Below, one piece after another: positions 40,201 through 48,659 of a stretch of 64,000 bases of DNA. Origin of the DNA: Camelus ferus (Eukaryota); the NCBI RefSeq assembly GCF_009834535.1, contig NC_045697.1, positions 70,248,001 through 70,312,000 on the forward strand, in the 5' to 3' direction. Made by a program: the position numbers and the translations under genes. The notes under the pieces were generated by a model. That model did not search any database. It saw nothing but the letters and a program-made list of their open reading frames with translations, and had not been told where the DNA came from. Each line of letters begins with the position of its first letter. Position 1 is the first letter of the stretch.

Positions 40201-40892
40201 CTCTCTTCAGAAGGAACTCTCTCTCAAGGAAAAGCAATGTCATCTCAGGTATTCGAAAATGTTTCCTTTGGGAAGTGTTTTCGACTCAAGAGGTGGTGGA
40301 ACCAGAGACGTGTACATTAGCCACTAAGGTTCCCCGCTCCCCATCCTTTATTAGGGGCCTAGGCCTTATCTGGGGGTGAACATGGGGGGGGTACACAATC
40401 AAACACCCAGGTAAAAGGCCCGCTCCATTAAGACAGGACCGGACGAATCTCCTGGGAGAATGACAGCTGGACATTTACGAAAACCCATTCGGGAACCGGT
40501 AACTCTCGCCTGCCAGCTGAGAGCCGGCATTTCACAGGCCCGCTGGGGAGGAGGGAGTCTCGGGCCGCCCATGGCAGGCCGGGCCGGGATGGTCAGAGCC
40601 GGGGCGGAGGTGTGTCAGGATGCTCCCCCTGGGGCCCCGCGGCGGGGTCGAGCAGGCCCGGGGCCCCGCCGGCTCCCCAGGGGCAGGGGCGGGGGCGGGA
40701 GCGCGCTGCGCGGCGGCCTGGGGACCCGGCTGGGAGGAAAGAGACATCGAGGGCCTCACCGCGGGCAGAGGGCAGTGGGTAGAGCTTCTCGGCCTTCTGC
40801 AGGAAGCGCTGGGCCTTTTCGCGGTTGCCGGCGTTCAGGGCCTCCCGGGCGATCTCTACACATTTCTCCGCCTCATCCCGGTTCCCCTCCAT
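4102..40892 (-). CDS. DNAJB14: DnaJ homolog subfamily B member 14, complete spliced CDS: join of 40760-40892, 29576-29747, 22845-22990, 11629-11814, 10102-10196, 9175-9284, 8174-8346, 4102-4226
   Basis: Exon lengths 133+172+146+186+95+110+173+125 = 1140 nt = 379 aa + TGA; all introns GT-AG. Translation runs [19 protein letters not shown]...J-domain with HPD ([16 protein letters not shown])...G/F-rich ([12 protein letters not shown])...TM segment ([24 protein letters not shown])...C-terminal lumenal domain ending [11 protein letters not shown]. Confidence 0.98.
5310..5765 (-). mobile_element. Old L1M (L1MC/ME-like) 3' end fragment
   Basis: gagtaagttgcagacacc...aacaagggcattctctta...atttagttgtcacgtctc resembles antisense L1MC4/5-type 3' UTR (recalled). 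Confidence 0.6.
6607..6847. mobile_element. MER20 hAT-Charlie DNA transposon (MITE)
   Basis: Terminal inverted repeats caaggtttcgcaacc / gttgaaaaccacca; internal match to recalled MER20 consensus (gcatccctggcc...ccagacattg...ccaaatgtcccctggg); degenerate 8-bp TSD ggctaata/gtctaatc. Confidence 0.85.
7040..7525. mobile_element. MIR SINEs: plus-strand MIR (~7130-7372) nested in a minus-strand MIR
   Basis: MIR core ctttgggcaagt...gcctcagtttcctcat flanked by two halves of an antisense MIR (cacaacaagcccataaagttaggtactat / ccattttatatatgaggg). Confidence 0.65.
8174..8346 (-). CDS. DNAJB14: DNAJB14 exon 7 ([19 protein letters not shown]...CWKERQQ)
   Basis: Acceptor cttttacag|T, donor CAAA|GTAAGT; matches ORF 8145..8369; 173 nt. 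Confidence 0.96.
9175..9284 (-). CDS. DNAJB14: DNAJB14 exon 6 (transmembrane segment [37 protein letters not shown])
   Basis: Acceptor tttttatag|GG, donor ATC|GTAAGT; 110 nt. Confidence 0.96.
10102..10196 (-). CDS. DNAJB14: DNAJB14 exon 5 ([32 protein letters not shown])
   Basis: Acceptor tttcctag|GT, donor GAT|GTATGT; 95 nt. Confidence 0.95.
11629..11814 (-). CDS. DNAJB14: DNAJB14 exon 4 ([19 protein letters not shown]...FFGGGFPS)
   Basis: Acceptor ttttctag|AG, donor TCAG|GTATT; 186 nt. Confidence 0.96.
13570..19871 (-). mobile_element. Near full-length ancient L1M (L1MC-like) element, degenerate
   Basis: About 6.3 kb of continuous T-rich antisense L1 sequence: 3' UTR at the left, ORF2-like remnants in the middle (e.g. 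cagtctttcaccattaagtat), 5'-end-like tccatcttcc...ggaagtcc at the right; no long ORF. Confidence 0.8.
22845..22990 (-). CDS. DNAJB14: DNAJB14 exon 3 (J-domain: [13 protein letters not shown]...[15 protein letters not shown])
   Basis: Acceptor tgtttacag|C, donor AAAA|GTAAAG; HPD motif; 146 nt. Confidence 0.97.
24469..24820. mobile_element. MER46C-like TcMar-Tigger DNA transposon inserted in a MIR
   Basis: Ends gtccacaatcctatatcc / gagttgtagacac; internal ggcaaaatttgacctgaac and aattctgagttccaaactacatctgggcc match recalled MER46C; MIR sequence resumes on both sides. Confidence 0.7.
24955..25220 (-). mobile_element. L2 (L2a-like) 3' end
   Basis: ttcttcaacaaaaatttactgaacatc...gtggtgaataaaac... 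antisense L2 terminus. Confidence 0.6.
26458..26520 (+). repeat. Poly-A/(GAAAA)n polypurine tract
   Basis: aaaaaaaaaaaagaaaaaaggaagggaaaagaaaagaaaaggaaagaaaagaaaagaaaaagg. Confidence 0.9.
26665..26690 (+). repeat. Poly-G tract G17-CA-G7
   Basis: Read directly from sequence. Confidence 0.9.
29576..29747 (-). CDS. DNAJB14: DNAJB14 exon 2 ([21 protein letters not shown]...KDQVEGVLS)
   Basis: Acceptor tttttacag|CA, donor CTCAG|GTAGG; 172 nt. Confidence 0.96.
30045..31292 (+). mobile_element. L1M (L1MB/MC-like) ORF2 3' part plus 3' UTR, 5'-truncated
   Basis: caacaaatggtgctgggacaactggatatcc...cacccactaggat...tctcaataaagctgt. Confidence 0.8.
31630..34230 (+). mobile_element. Cluster of degenerate old L1M fragments
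   Basis: A-rich L1 ORF1/UTR-like and L1MC-type 3' UTR motifs (aaacccaaattaagggaaattcta, cccactggccaaaa). Confidence 0.5.
38444..39555 (+). mobile_element. L1M (L1MA/MB-like) 3' end, 5'-truncated
   Basis: ORF2 remnant [32 protein letters not shown] (ORF 38691..38882); 3' UTR ctgaactgtacacttaaaaacggttaag. Confidence 0.85.
39795..40045 (+). mobile_element. MIR SINE
   Basis: tgtagtggttaaagg...actgtgtgaccttgggtaag...gtaagtgctcgacaaatgttggcta. Confidence 0.65.
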
Positions 40893-41520
40893 GGCTTGCA
40901 CCTTCTTCCGTTTCCTGCAGGAGCGCAGCTACGAGAGGCGGAACCCGCCGCGCCGCCGCCGAGGAGGCGAGGCCGGCCGGGGATGGGGGCGTGCGGAGGC
41001 GAGCGGGGAGGAGCGCAGGAGACGGCGGCGGCGGCGGCAGGCCCGGGCGCACTGGCGGGATCGCAGCTCCGCCTCCTCACGGCGGCCTCCCCACCCCCCG
41101 CGGGCAGCTACGGCGCGAGCCGCATCCCTCCCGGTCCCGGGACGGAGCTCCTAGCCTGGCCGTCCGAGCCGACTCGGCGATCCGTGCGTGGCACCGCCAG
41201 GCTCGGAGCCGACCAAGCTCGGGGAGTGGGGGGCGAGCGACACCAGACCGGCTGCCTGCAGGGGGTTCCGCCGAGGCGCGGACCCGGCCGCCCGCATGGG
41301 CTGCACGGCGGTCCCTGACCTCCCGGCTCGACGGCGCAGGCGGCAGCCCGCCTTCCTGGCGGCCGGGTGACGGATGGGGGTGGGGACGTACGTTTTCAGG
41401 AAAATTCCCAGGGATCGAAGGCCCCGCCTCTGGGCCCCCTTCGCCTTGGGAGGATTTGGTCAGGTGAGGACCGCGCTGCCGGCGCTGTCAGCCTCTACAC
41501 AGCGCTTCCGGTACAGGTGT
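40530..41520. promoter_or_regulatory. DNAJB14: CpG island / promoter and first exon of DNAJB14
   Basis: Very GC- and CpG-rich; GC boxes, ETS-like CGGAAG cores (~40905-40910, ~41505-41511), short CGG run ~41023-41038; no TATA box seen. Confidence 0.9.
40760..40892 (-). CDS. DNAJB14: DNAJB14 coding exon 1 ([10 protein letters not shown]...PLPSAR)
   Basis: ATG in strong Kozak context GCCATGG; donor CGCG|GTGAGG; phase 1. Confidence 0.97.
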
Positions 41521-42499
41521 TCAGAACACGGGGCTTGTTTTATTGCCTTGTCAGTGGTACATTTTTTCTGACCCATATTCCATAAAACTGCTTCCTAGTA
41601 TATTCAGGAGGTACAAAGCAAACACTTTTTAATTTGTAGTTTTCACTTGTTCTGGTGAAAAAACGTAAGCCTGATAATCCTTCATGACCAAAACAAGGAA
41701 TCAGCTTTGGGAAGGCACTGCCATCACGTAAGTTAACTACTTGTTGGTTTCCTCCCTTCTTCCATTTCCACATTACCCCTGTGAAATGCTGTACCATGTC
41801 ACGTTGGCCTCCTCAGTGCAGGTAAAGGGCCCACTTTTTGCTTAGTAATGTCCTTACCCAAATTTCGAAAACTAAGAACTTGACAGAAACCAAGTGTCAA
41901 AATGATCCACTCAACCTAATCACAACCATTTTCACACAATGTTCAGTAAAGATATTGCTAGCTATGCCAGCAAATATGGTAACTCGGGACTGGTGAAGAA
42001 ATCCTCTTCTGTAAAACGGTAATAGTATGTCCCCCCAAAATGTTACCACGTATTGAACAACTCAAGTAGCCTTAAAAACAGTGCATTGCACACAGAAAAC
42101 ACTGTTAGTCTAAACTGAAAGTTCCTTCTGTGGAGGTAGCTATATACAGGACTTCCCTACCTGCCCTCTCCCTTCCTCCCACCTGCCAAGTCCACAACAG
42201 TGGTATAGCGTAGTACTGTCACAAAAAGCTAACTGCAGCTAACAAACTGAAACGCTCAAGCTTAACCTAAAAAAAAAAAAACAATCAACTTGTCCCCGAT
42301 CCAGCTTCTGCTTGAGTTCTAGTTCATTTACACAGTTTTAAAAAGAAAAAAACAAAAAAACTTGGGCCTTTTGACTTAAGATCTTCAGAATGAACAGTTT
42401 AAGAAAAGTGCTTAAATTATCACTGTATACCTATTCATAACAAAGCTGTTCCTATTATAATCAAGCAGATTTAATACATAACTTGTTTGGGATATGACC

Positions 42500-42505
42500 T
42501 TTATT
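42500..42505 (-). terminator. H2AZ1: H2AZ1 canonical polyadenylation signal AATAAA (cleavage ~42480)
   Basis: AATAAAGGTCATATCCCAAA about 360 nt after the stop; H2A.Z is a replication-independent, polyadenylated histone. Confidence 0.85.
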
Positions 42506-42864
42506 GAGCTTATCCACCGGAGTGGAAATAATGTCTGTACAAAAACCAAATGTTTGTTACTATAACTTCTGCATCACAATTAAAATCCAAACAGTTTTTA
42601 AAAAACAGTCAACTCAATCAAAACCCACTACTTCAGAATCAATAGCTTCTTTGAAGCCACAGTAACACTTAAATATGGTTAAGACTCAAATGCAGAAATT
42701 TGGTTGGTTGGAAAGCTAATTAAACTTCCAACTTGCTCAAATAGAATTACAAAAAGGCAAAATTGTGTTTTTCACAGAGATACAGTCCACTGGAATCACC
42801 AACACTGGACAGCTGTTAGAGTATTTATTTAGAGTCCTGAGATAATAAGGAATCCAGGCATCCT

Positions 42865-42926
42865 TTAGACAGTCTTCTGTTGTCCTTTCTTCCCAATCAG
42901 AGATTTGTGGATGTGTGGAATAACAC
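42865..42926 (-). CDS. H2AZ1: H2AZ1 exon 5 coding part ([20 protein letters not shown])
   Basis: Acceptor ccttctag|GT; TAA at 42865-42867. Confidence 0.97.
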
Positions 42927-44568
42927 CTAGAAGGATAAATTAACAGTAGTTTAAAATCAAGACAGCTGAATGTTCTATTTGGAATATGTCTTTAAATGGG
43001 AAGCTCACGTGTGCCAAGGAAAAATTCACTAAGTTATATACAGAAATCAAATCTTATCATACAACCATACTACAGATCAGCGAAAATATATTAAGTGTAC
43101 TCTTCTAGACTAAAAATTACCAGTGGGAATTAAGGCAGCAAAGAATTCTCTAAAGAAATTAAAAATGTCAGTATTTACATACCACCACCAGCAATTGTAG
43201 CCTTGATGAGAGAGTCCAATTCTTCATCTCCACGAATAGCAAGTTGCAAGTGACGAGGGGTAATACGCTTTACCTTCAAGTCTTTTGATGCATTTCCTGC
43301 CAATTCAAGTACCTAGAAGGCAGAATCTAATCAGTCTCCCTCCAACTTTCCTTAAGATCAAGATGCAGACAATAATTTAACCTTCATGAACGTGTATCTA
43401 CCAACTGTCATCTCCCCCCACTACTTGAATGGCAAGATATGCAAAAGCAATGAAAGGGGCACGCAATTTTATTTCCTAAAGCAGCAAACTCAAGCTCAAT
43501 AGGGTCCCATCATGAACACCAGCCCCCTCTAGCGTTGTCAGAAGCTTCTAGCCGCGTTCAGAGCCTGGGAGTTTTCTTGCATCACTTTCCTCCTTCCCTC
43601 TCGCCGCCTCCCCCCTCCTCCCCCCCAATCTTTTCCAGATTATAGGCGTACACCCATTTACCTCTGCGGTGAGGTACTCCAGGATGGCTGCGCTGTACAC
43701 AGCGGCAGTAGCGCCCACACGTCCATGGCTGGTCGTCCTAGATTTCAGATGTCGATGGATACGACCCACCGGGAACTTCATTTTAAGCATACACAAACAT
43801 AAATGCACAAAGATATTAAAGGCAAAGGTGGTAAAATTACCCGCGCACCAAAGCAAGGGGCACGGACGCTGGTGCAGCAACACGCCCCAGCAAAGACACA
43901 CGTGATCGCCCCCCCCGATATTTATTGTATCGGTAAACCAAGTCGCGACACCATCACCCACGCAAAGACGAAACGCTCCTCTAAAGCGATGATAAACAAG
44001 AGAGGAAAAGCAAAGAAAAACGCCACGATTCCCAGACTGCACGAGCCGCCACTGACCTGCAAACCGGCTCTCTGCGAGCGGGAAACCGCCTTTGTCTTGG
44101 CCTTTCCGGAGTCCTTCCCAGCCTTACCGCCAGCCTGCGGCGCGCACACGCCCGCGAGGGAAGGAGGAACGCAGAATATAGGATTACCAGGGTGACGCGC
44201 CCCTCCCCCACCGCGGCGCGGCCCGGGCGCGAGCGCGGCCCCGAGCCCAGCCGGGGTCTCGGGCCCGCCGCGCGGCGCAACGGCGACCCCGCCCGCCCGC
44301 CCCCCGCTGCGCGCCCGCCGCGGCCGCGCGCCTCCGTCCGCCCGCCGGCCCCCAGCGACGCTGCGCGCGCCACACAACCGTCGCCGCCCGCCGCGAGATC
44401 CGAGGCTGCTCCTCTCGCCACCAACAAAACACCTCCCCCCGCTCTTCCAAATCCTGTCTCCGCGCGTTCCCAACCGTCGCCGCTTCACCCCATCGCCGTG
44501 TGTAACGGGTTTTTCTCCCGCTGGCAAAAACCCGCGGAGTCTTCGAGCGCCTCCGCGAAGTTTACCAT
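42865..44568 (-). CDS. H2AZ1: Histone H2A.Z.1, complete spliced CDS: join of 44566-44568, 44057-44134, 43662-43775, 43183-43312, 42865-42926
   Basis: 3+78+114+130+62 = 387 nt = 128 aa + [131 protein letters not shown]. Thr14/Ser38/Val127 distinguish H2A.Z.1 from H2A.Z.2 (Ala/Thr/Ala). Introns show it is the source gene, not a retrocopy. Confidence 0.99.
43183..43312 (-). CDS. H2AZ1: H2AZ1 exon 4 ([13 protein letters not shown]...IKATIAGG)
   Basis: Acceptor ccttctag|GTA, donor GGTG|GTATGT; ends in phase 1. Confidence 0.97.
43662..43775 (-). CDS. H2AZ1: H2AZ1 exon 3 ([13 protein letters not shown]...EYLTAE)
   Basis: Acceptor aaaatgaag|TTC, donor GAG|GTAAAT. Confidence 0.97.
44057..44134 (-). 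CDS. H2AZ1: H2AZ1 exon 2 ([26 protein letters not shown])
   Basis: Acceptor ccgcag|GCT, donor CAG|GTCAGT. Confidence 0.97.
44566..44568 (-). CDS. H2AZ1: H2AZ1 exon 1 coding part (ATG only)
   Basis: GAAATG|GTAAAC; ATG-only first coding exon typical of H2A.Z genes. Confidence 0.93.
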
Positions 44569-44698
44569 TTCGAATTCTGCTGAAGCTCAAACAAGCAGGG
44601 CAGAGAAAGGACTAGTCAGACACCCAGCGAGAGCCCGCCGCCTACTCCTTCGTCGCACCGCGATTCAAACTGCGCTGTCTCCCGCCTTCCCCGCTCCC

Positions 44699-44704
44699 TT
44701 TATA
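44699..44704 (-). promoter_or_regulatory. H2AZ1: H2AZ1 TATA box (TATAAA); TSS predicted ~44671
   Basis: GTATAAAGGG about 30 nt upstream of an Inr-like GCAGTT and about 135 nt upstream of the ATG. Confidence 0.8.
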
Positions 44705-44748
44705 CTGCAGAATGTTCCCTCATCCGGGAACTCGGATTGCTCATCCCA

Positions 44749-44855
44749 CCAATGGCTGCCACCCGCCCTCGGGACGCGTCCTTGAAGCCTCGGCCAATGA
44801 GCAAGCGATGCAAAGGGCGGAGGGGCGGGCGCTTCGCAGCTCGAGCTGCTATTGG
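44749..44855. promoter_or_regulatory. H2AZ1: H2AZ1 proximal promoter: three CCAAT boxes (44749-44753, 44794-44798, 44851-44855) and GC boxes (44815-44829)
   Basis: Exact CCAAT/ATTGG and GGGCGG motifs immediately upstream of the TATA box (NF-Y/Sp1-type architecture). Confidence 0.75.
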
Positions 44856-46304
44856 GGCGTGGGGAAGGAGGTGGGGGAGGGTGGAGGGATGGGAACTGGG
44901 AGAAGAAGGGCACGGCGGCGGGAGGGAAGAAACACAGCGAGCTACGCTGCGGGAGTTAGGGGACCCGCCGCCTGTGGTCACGTGTCCGAGAGGAGGAGCT
45001 GAGAGGCTCAGGGGAGGGGCACTCAGTAGCGCCCCGCCATCCCCCGGCCCCCTTCGTCTCTTAGCCTGGTTCCGTAGACCACGTGAAATCTCCGCGGGGT
45101 CTAGCCTGCCCTCGTTCTCGCCCTCCCCCCTGCCACAGGAGCATCTCACAGACGAGACCCTCTGGTCCGCAGCCTTCTTCCGGGTCCCTGGGTCCCCTCC
45201 ACCCCGCCCCCTCTGCATCCCTGGCTGCTCCTCCGGTCTGACAGGTGGCGCGAACGCGCCTCGACTCCTCGAACTATAGCATTGATAGCGATTCCGCGTT
45301 TCTTCCCCCTAGGCGAGTCCCCAGCCACCAACTGATCACGACGCTGTGCTCCCATTTGCAGCTGTATCTCCCTTCTTTCCTCATCAGTTTTGAACCCCTG
45401 CCTCTCCCCCCCAAAAAATCCCGGGATCGTTTCACGGTAAAAACGGTGGAGTAAAGTCACCTCGCTGGTCACAAAAGGCACAGAGGGCTTGGAGTGAGGC
45501 AGTATTCTTTAATCAAATCATAAGCCATATTTTTCTGGAGACTCCACATCAATGGGTTGTACCTTATAGCCAGGTGTCTAAAGTTGATTTAGTGAAACCC
45601 CAAAGCTATTATGTGTCAACTTTTCTATGCTAAACGTTTTGCTACATGACAAATGTTTGGTAAATGTCAGTGGGGTAACTTCTAACATGATTCACAGGCA
45701 GTTACAGATGGTCCATGTAATCAATTACAAATGGTAGGCTTTAAAAAATAGTACTGTACACACAGTACTATAATAATGCCAGCTACTTCATCTTCCAACT
45801 AATAGATTAATAACACCTGTGTACATGTCCAGCTGCTTGGAGACACTAATCTAAATCTTTCATATTTATAGTGTTTAATAGTATATTACATTTTAAACAT
45901 AATTCAGTATTTCTGATGTTAAGAAATTTTGAAATATGTACCCTTGAGTACTGTAGTTTGGGTTTCAATTTGAAAGATTTTATCAAATTGGAGGACCTCT
46001 CTATTTCTGGGAGATAAGTTCCAGAGAAGAGATTCCCAACAATTTTGAGTCAAAGCTGCCTTATTTCTTCCCCATGCAACTGAGGAATTCTTGTGTTGGA
46101 ATCAATAGCAAGAGTTAATCAGTTCTCCCACTGAATTGATAAAATGACATTAAAAATCTATGAAACCTGATATAATAGTTAACCTGAGCTCCACTTTGTC
46201 TTCCTGATATATGACTCACAAACCAACAGTAATACCTTTTCCAATTTGGGGAATATGTGCTCTTTGCTGTGAGGACCACCTGAAGGAATTCATTGTTACC
46301 TCTC

Positions 46305-46525
46305 TGAATAGTGGTTAAGAGAATGAGCTCAGGAGCAGGTAGACAAGAATTCCTGTCTTTGCTACCTTCTCATTGTGTCATCGTAGTTACTAACTTTTTG
46401 GAGCTTCAAGTTCCTCTTCTGTGAAAAGTGTATAGTTACACCTATTTTCCCGTGGTTGTTGAAAGATTAAAGGAGAAGGTATTCAATGTACTCTCTAACG
46501 TGTTTATCACATAGTGAGCACTGAA
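46305..46525 (+). mobile_element. MIR SINE
   Basis: tagtggttaagagaatgagctc...caagttcctcttctgtgaaa...cacatagtgagcact. Confidence 0.6.
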
Positions 46526-48659
46526 AAACTACGGTGTCTTGTACACTGGATGCTGGGGAGGGATGAAATAAAGTACCTTTGATTTCTAAATCTTTTCCCA
46601 ATACATTCAAATGTTTTCCTCATCCTTTGGAGAATAGGACAATATTAGTTTCTCTACTTTTCACAGCAGTTTTGTGAAGATTTCATATGTGTTAATATTC
46701 TTAGCTTATCTCTCCTGAACTTGTATTTATGCTATTATATGTATATAATATACATAGCCAGAGCTATGTAACTCTTTTTGTTCAATGCCACACCCAATCA
46801 GCTACTTAGTAAGTGCTCTTTTGTCATAAAAAACTAAACTAATATAAAGTAGACTGCCCCACTATTACTGCCTTTCTCCTTAATAGTCTTTTCCTAACTC
46901 AGGCAAACTTTCTATGGGTAATTTTTATCCCCTTTCTGACAGTAGTATATATATTAACTACTATTCCTGGGAGTTTATGTTGAGAATTTGAGAGATAGTC
47001 TCACAACTGAGAAAAATTTCTCAAATACATCTTGCTTTAAACACCTGTTTTTAAGCAAATACAAACAGACGTCCCAGCTATTTCAAATGATACCAGCCTA
47101 CGTGATATAGATACTTAGGTTGGATACTTCTGGCTAGATAATCCCCATTGAAATCTTGGTTCTTGCTACCTAGGGCATCCTGGAGAGAATAGGCCTTCAA
47201 GGACTCAATGAGTTGTCAATAATTGAGTTCTGGTGTGGTGTAATACAAACCATTGACCTAGAGTGAAAAACTGGGAAAAATTCTGGGCAGCCACTCACTA
47301 GCTGTGTGGCCTGAAGTAAGCTGAACTCTGAGCCACAGTTTCTTCATTTATTATCTAGAGATTCACAGGACCGGATAAACCAGCCTCATAGAACTGTGAG
47401 AGGCTTTCATGAAGTGTGAGGAATGTACTCCATATATTCGATTATGATGTACTAATATTGTGGTACAAAGGCCATAATTCTCCCTGAATTCTTCACATAA
47501 ATAAAAAGAAGCCTATGTGTTTAACTCAGTGTTGGTGAAACAAAGATCCTGGATTTATATTCCAAATTTCCCAGCTATACACTCCCCATGACCACAGATT
47601 TCACACATTTAGCTCACAAATATAGCGCATAGGTTACAAAGAGGATCAGCTGAATCTGCTCTACCTGATCCATCGCCATTTCAGGAAAAACAATTGAAAA
47701 ATGGGGCCAAATATCTCTTTTAATGCAACACTTATTTTTTCCATATCTAACAATCCTCAGAAGTTTTTGAAATTTGCTGTTAATTTTAAAATAAAAAATT
47801 GAGGCTCTTTTCATATTATCCTTTCATTATCTATTATTGATCTTTAGGATTTGCTGGGTAAAGGAGGAAGTCTGTGTGTTGATATTGTTTTCCCAAATAA
47901 TATTTCACCTGTATAACTATTTTATAACTCTTATCCCTCCAGCTAAATTGTACAGCCAGCTAAATTGCAAAATGCATTGTAATGTTCCTATGATTTTTTA
48001 AAAATTTCTATAATATGTTTTTAATGTAATTTCAAGATTGTTGTTGACATTTAACACATACTGTATTGTCTTCTTAGTCTGAATATATGCAACCAAAATG
48101 GGTTGTAATACCACATATAACACGTGATACATAATCCTTCCCTAATAAAGGAATAGATGTGATATATTCCAGGTCAGTGCTGTCAACTTGGTAAGTAAAC
48201 TAGAACACAGTCATTCAGTTGTACGAGGTGCCAGGCAACAGGCCAAGCGATAGCAGCTGGGAGACAGGACATATAAGGCTTAGGTTCTTCCCTCCATCTA
48301 GCTGAGAGGATTAGACAAGAAAATTTAAACAATGCTCTAATCATTTAGACCACATTAATAAGGCTATTACAAAATAAGTACCTGATTGGCCACCAAACCA
48401 ACAATTCCTCTGGTTTACAGGACAGAAAACTACCATGGACTGAAGTGTTTTGAAAAGATTATGTTTAAATGGACAAGGGGAAAGGTTGACAACAATGACA
48501 GGTTGGCATAAGGAAGTGCAGTTAGAATGTAGAGGTGTGGCAGAGATTCCTGGTTATTACCCTGTTTTTATTTCCCCATCTTCCTCACTACTAGAGCTTC
48601 CAATTTTTAGTGGGATACTCGGTCATCAGAATATAAGTACATTTGGCCATGAAAATACA

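Larger units (their letters stand above)
43530..45470. promoter_or_regulatory. H2AZ1: CpG island covering H2AZ1 promoter, exons 1-3 and upstream region
   Basis: High GC and CpG density; explains the many spurious GC-rich ORFs in the track. Confidence 0.9.

Noticed and set aside
40893..40935. N-terminal extension of DNAJB14 from upstream GTG/CTG (MQAMEG...)
   Set aside because: An in-frame TAG lies about 13 codons upstream and the ATG at 40892 has an optimal Kozak context.
40460..41467. 335-aa and 232-aa plus-strand ORFs antisense to DNAJB14 exon 1
   Set aside because: Arg/Gly/Pro/Ala-rich low-complexity translations typical of stop-poor CpG islands; no recognisable domain.
42780..42864. Histone stem-loop after the H2AZ1 stop
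   Set aside because: No GGYYYTTYT-type 16-nt stem-loop consensus seen; the gene has introns and AATAAA, as expected for H2A.Z.
43922..45481. Multiple long overlapping ORFs over H2AZ1 intron 1 and promoter, including the 222-aa TTG-started ORF
   Set aside because: GC-content artefacts; intron 1 is 431 nt, so retention from the true ATG is out of frame with exon 2.
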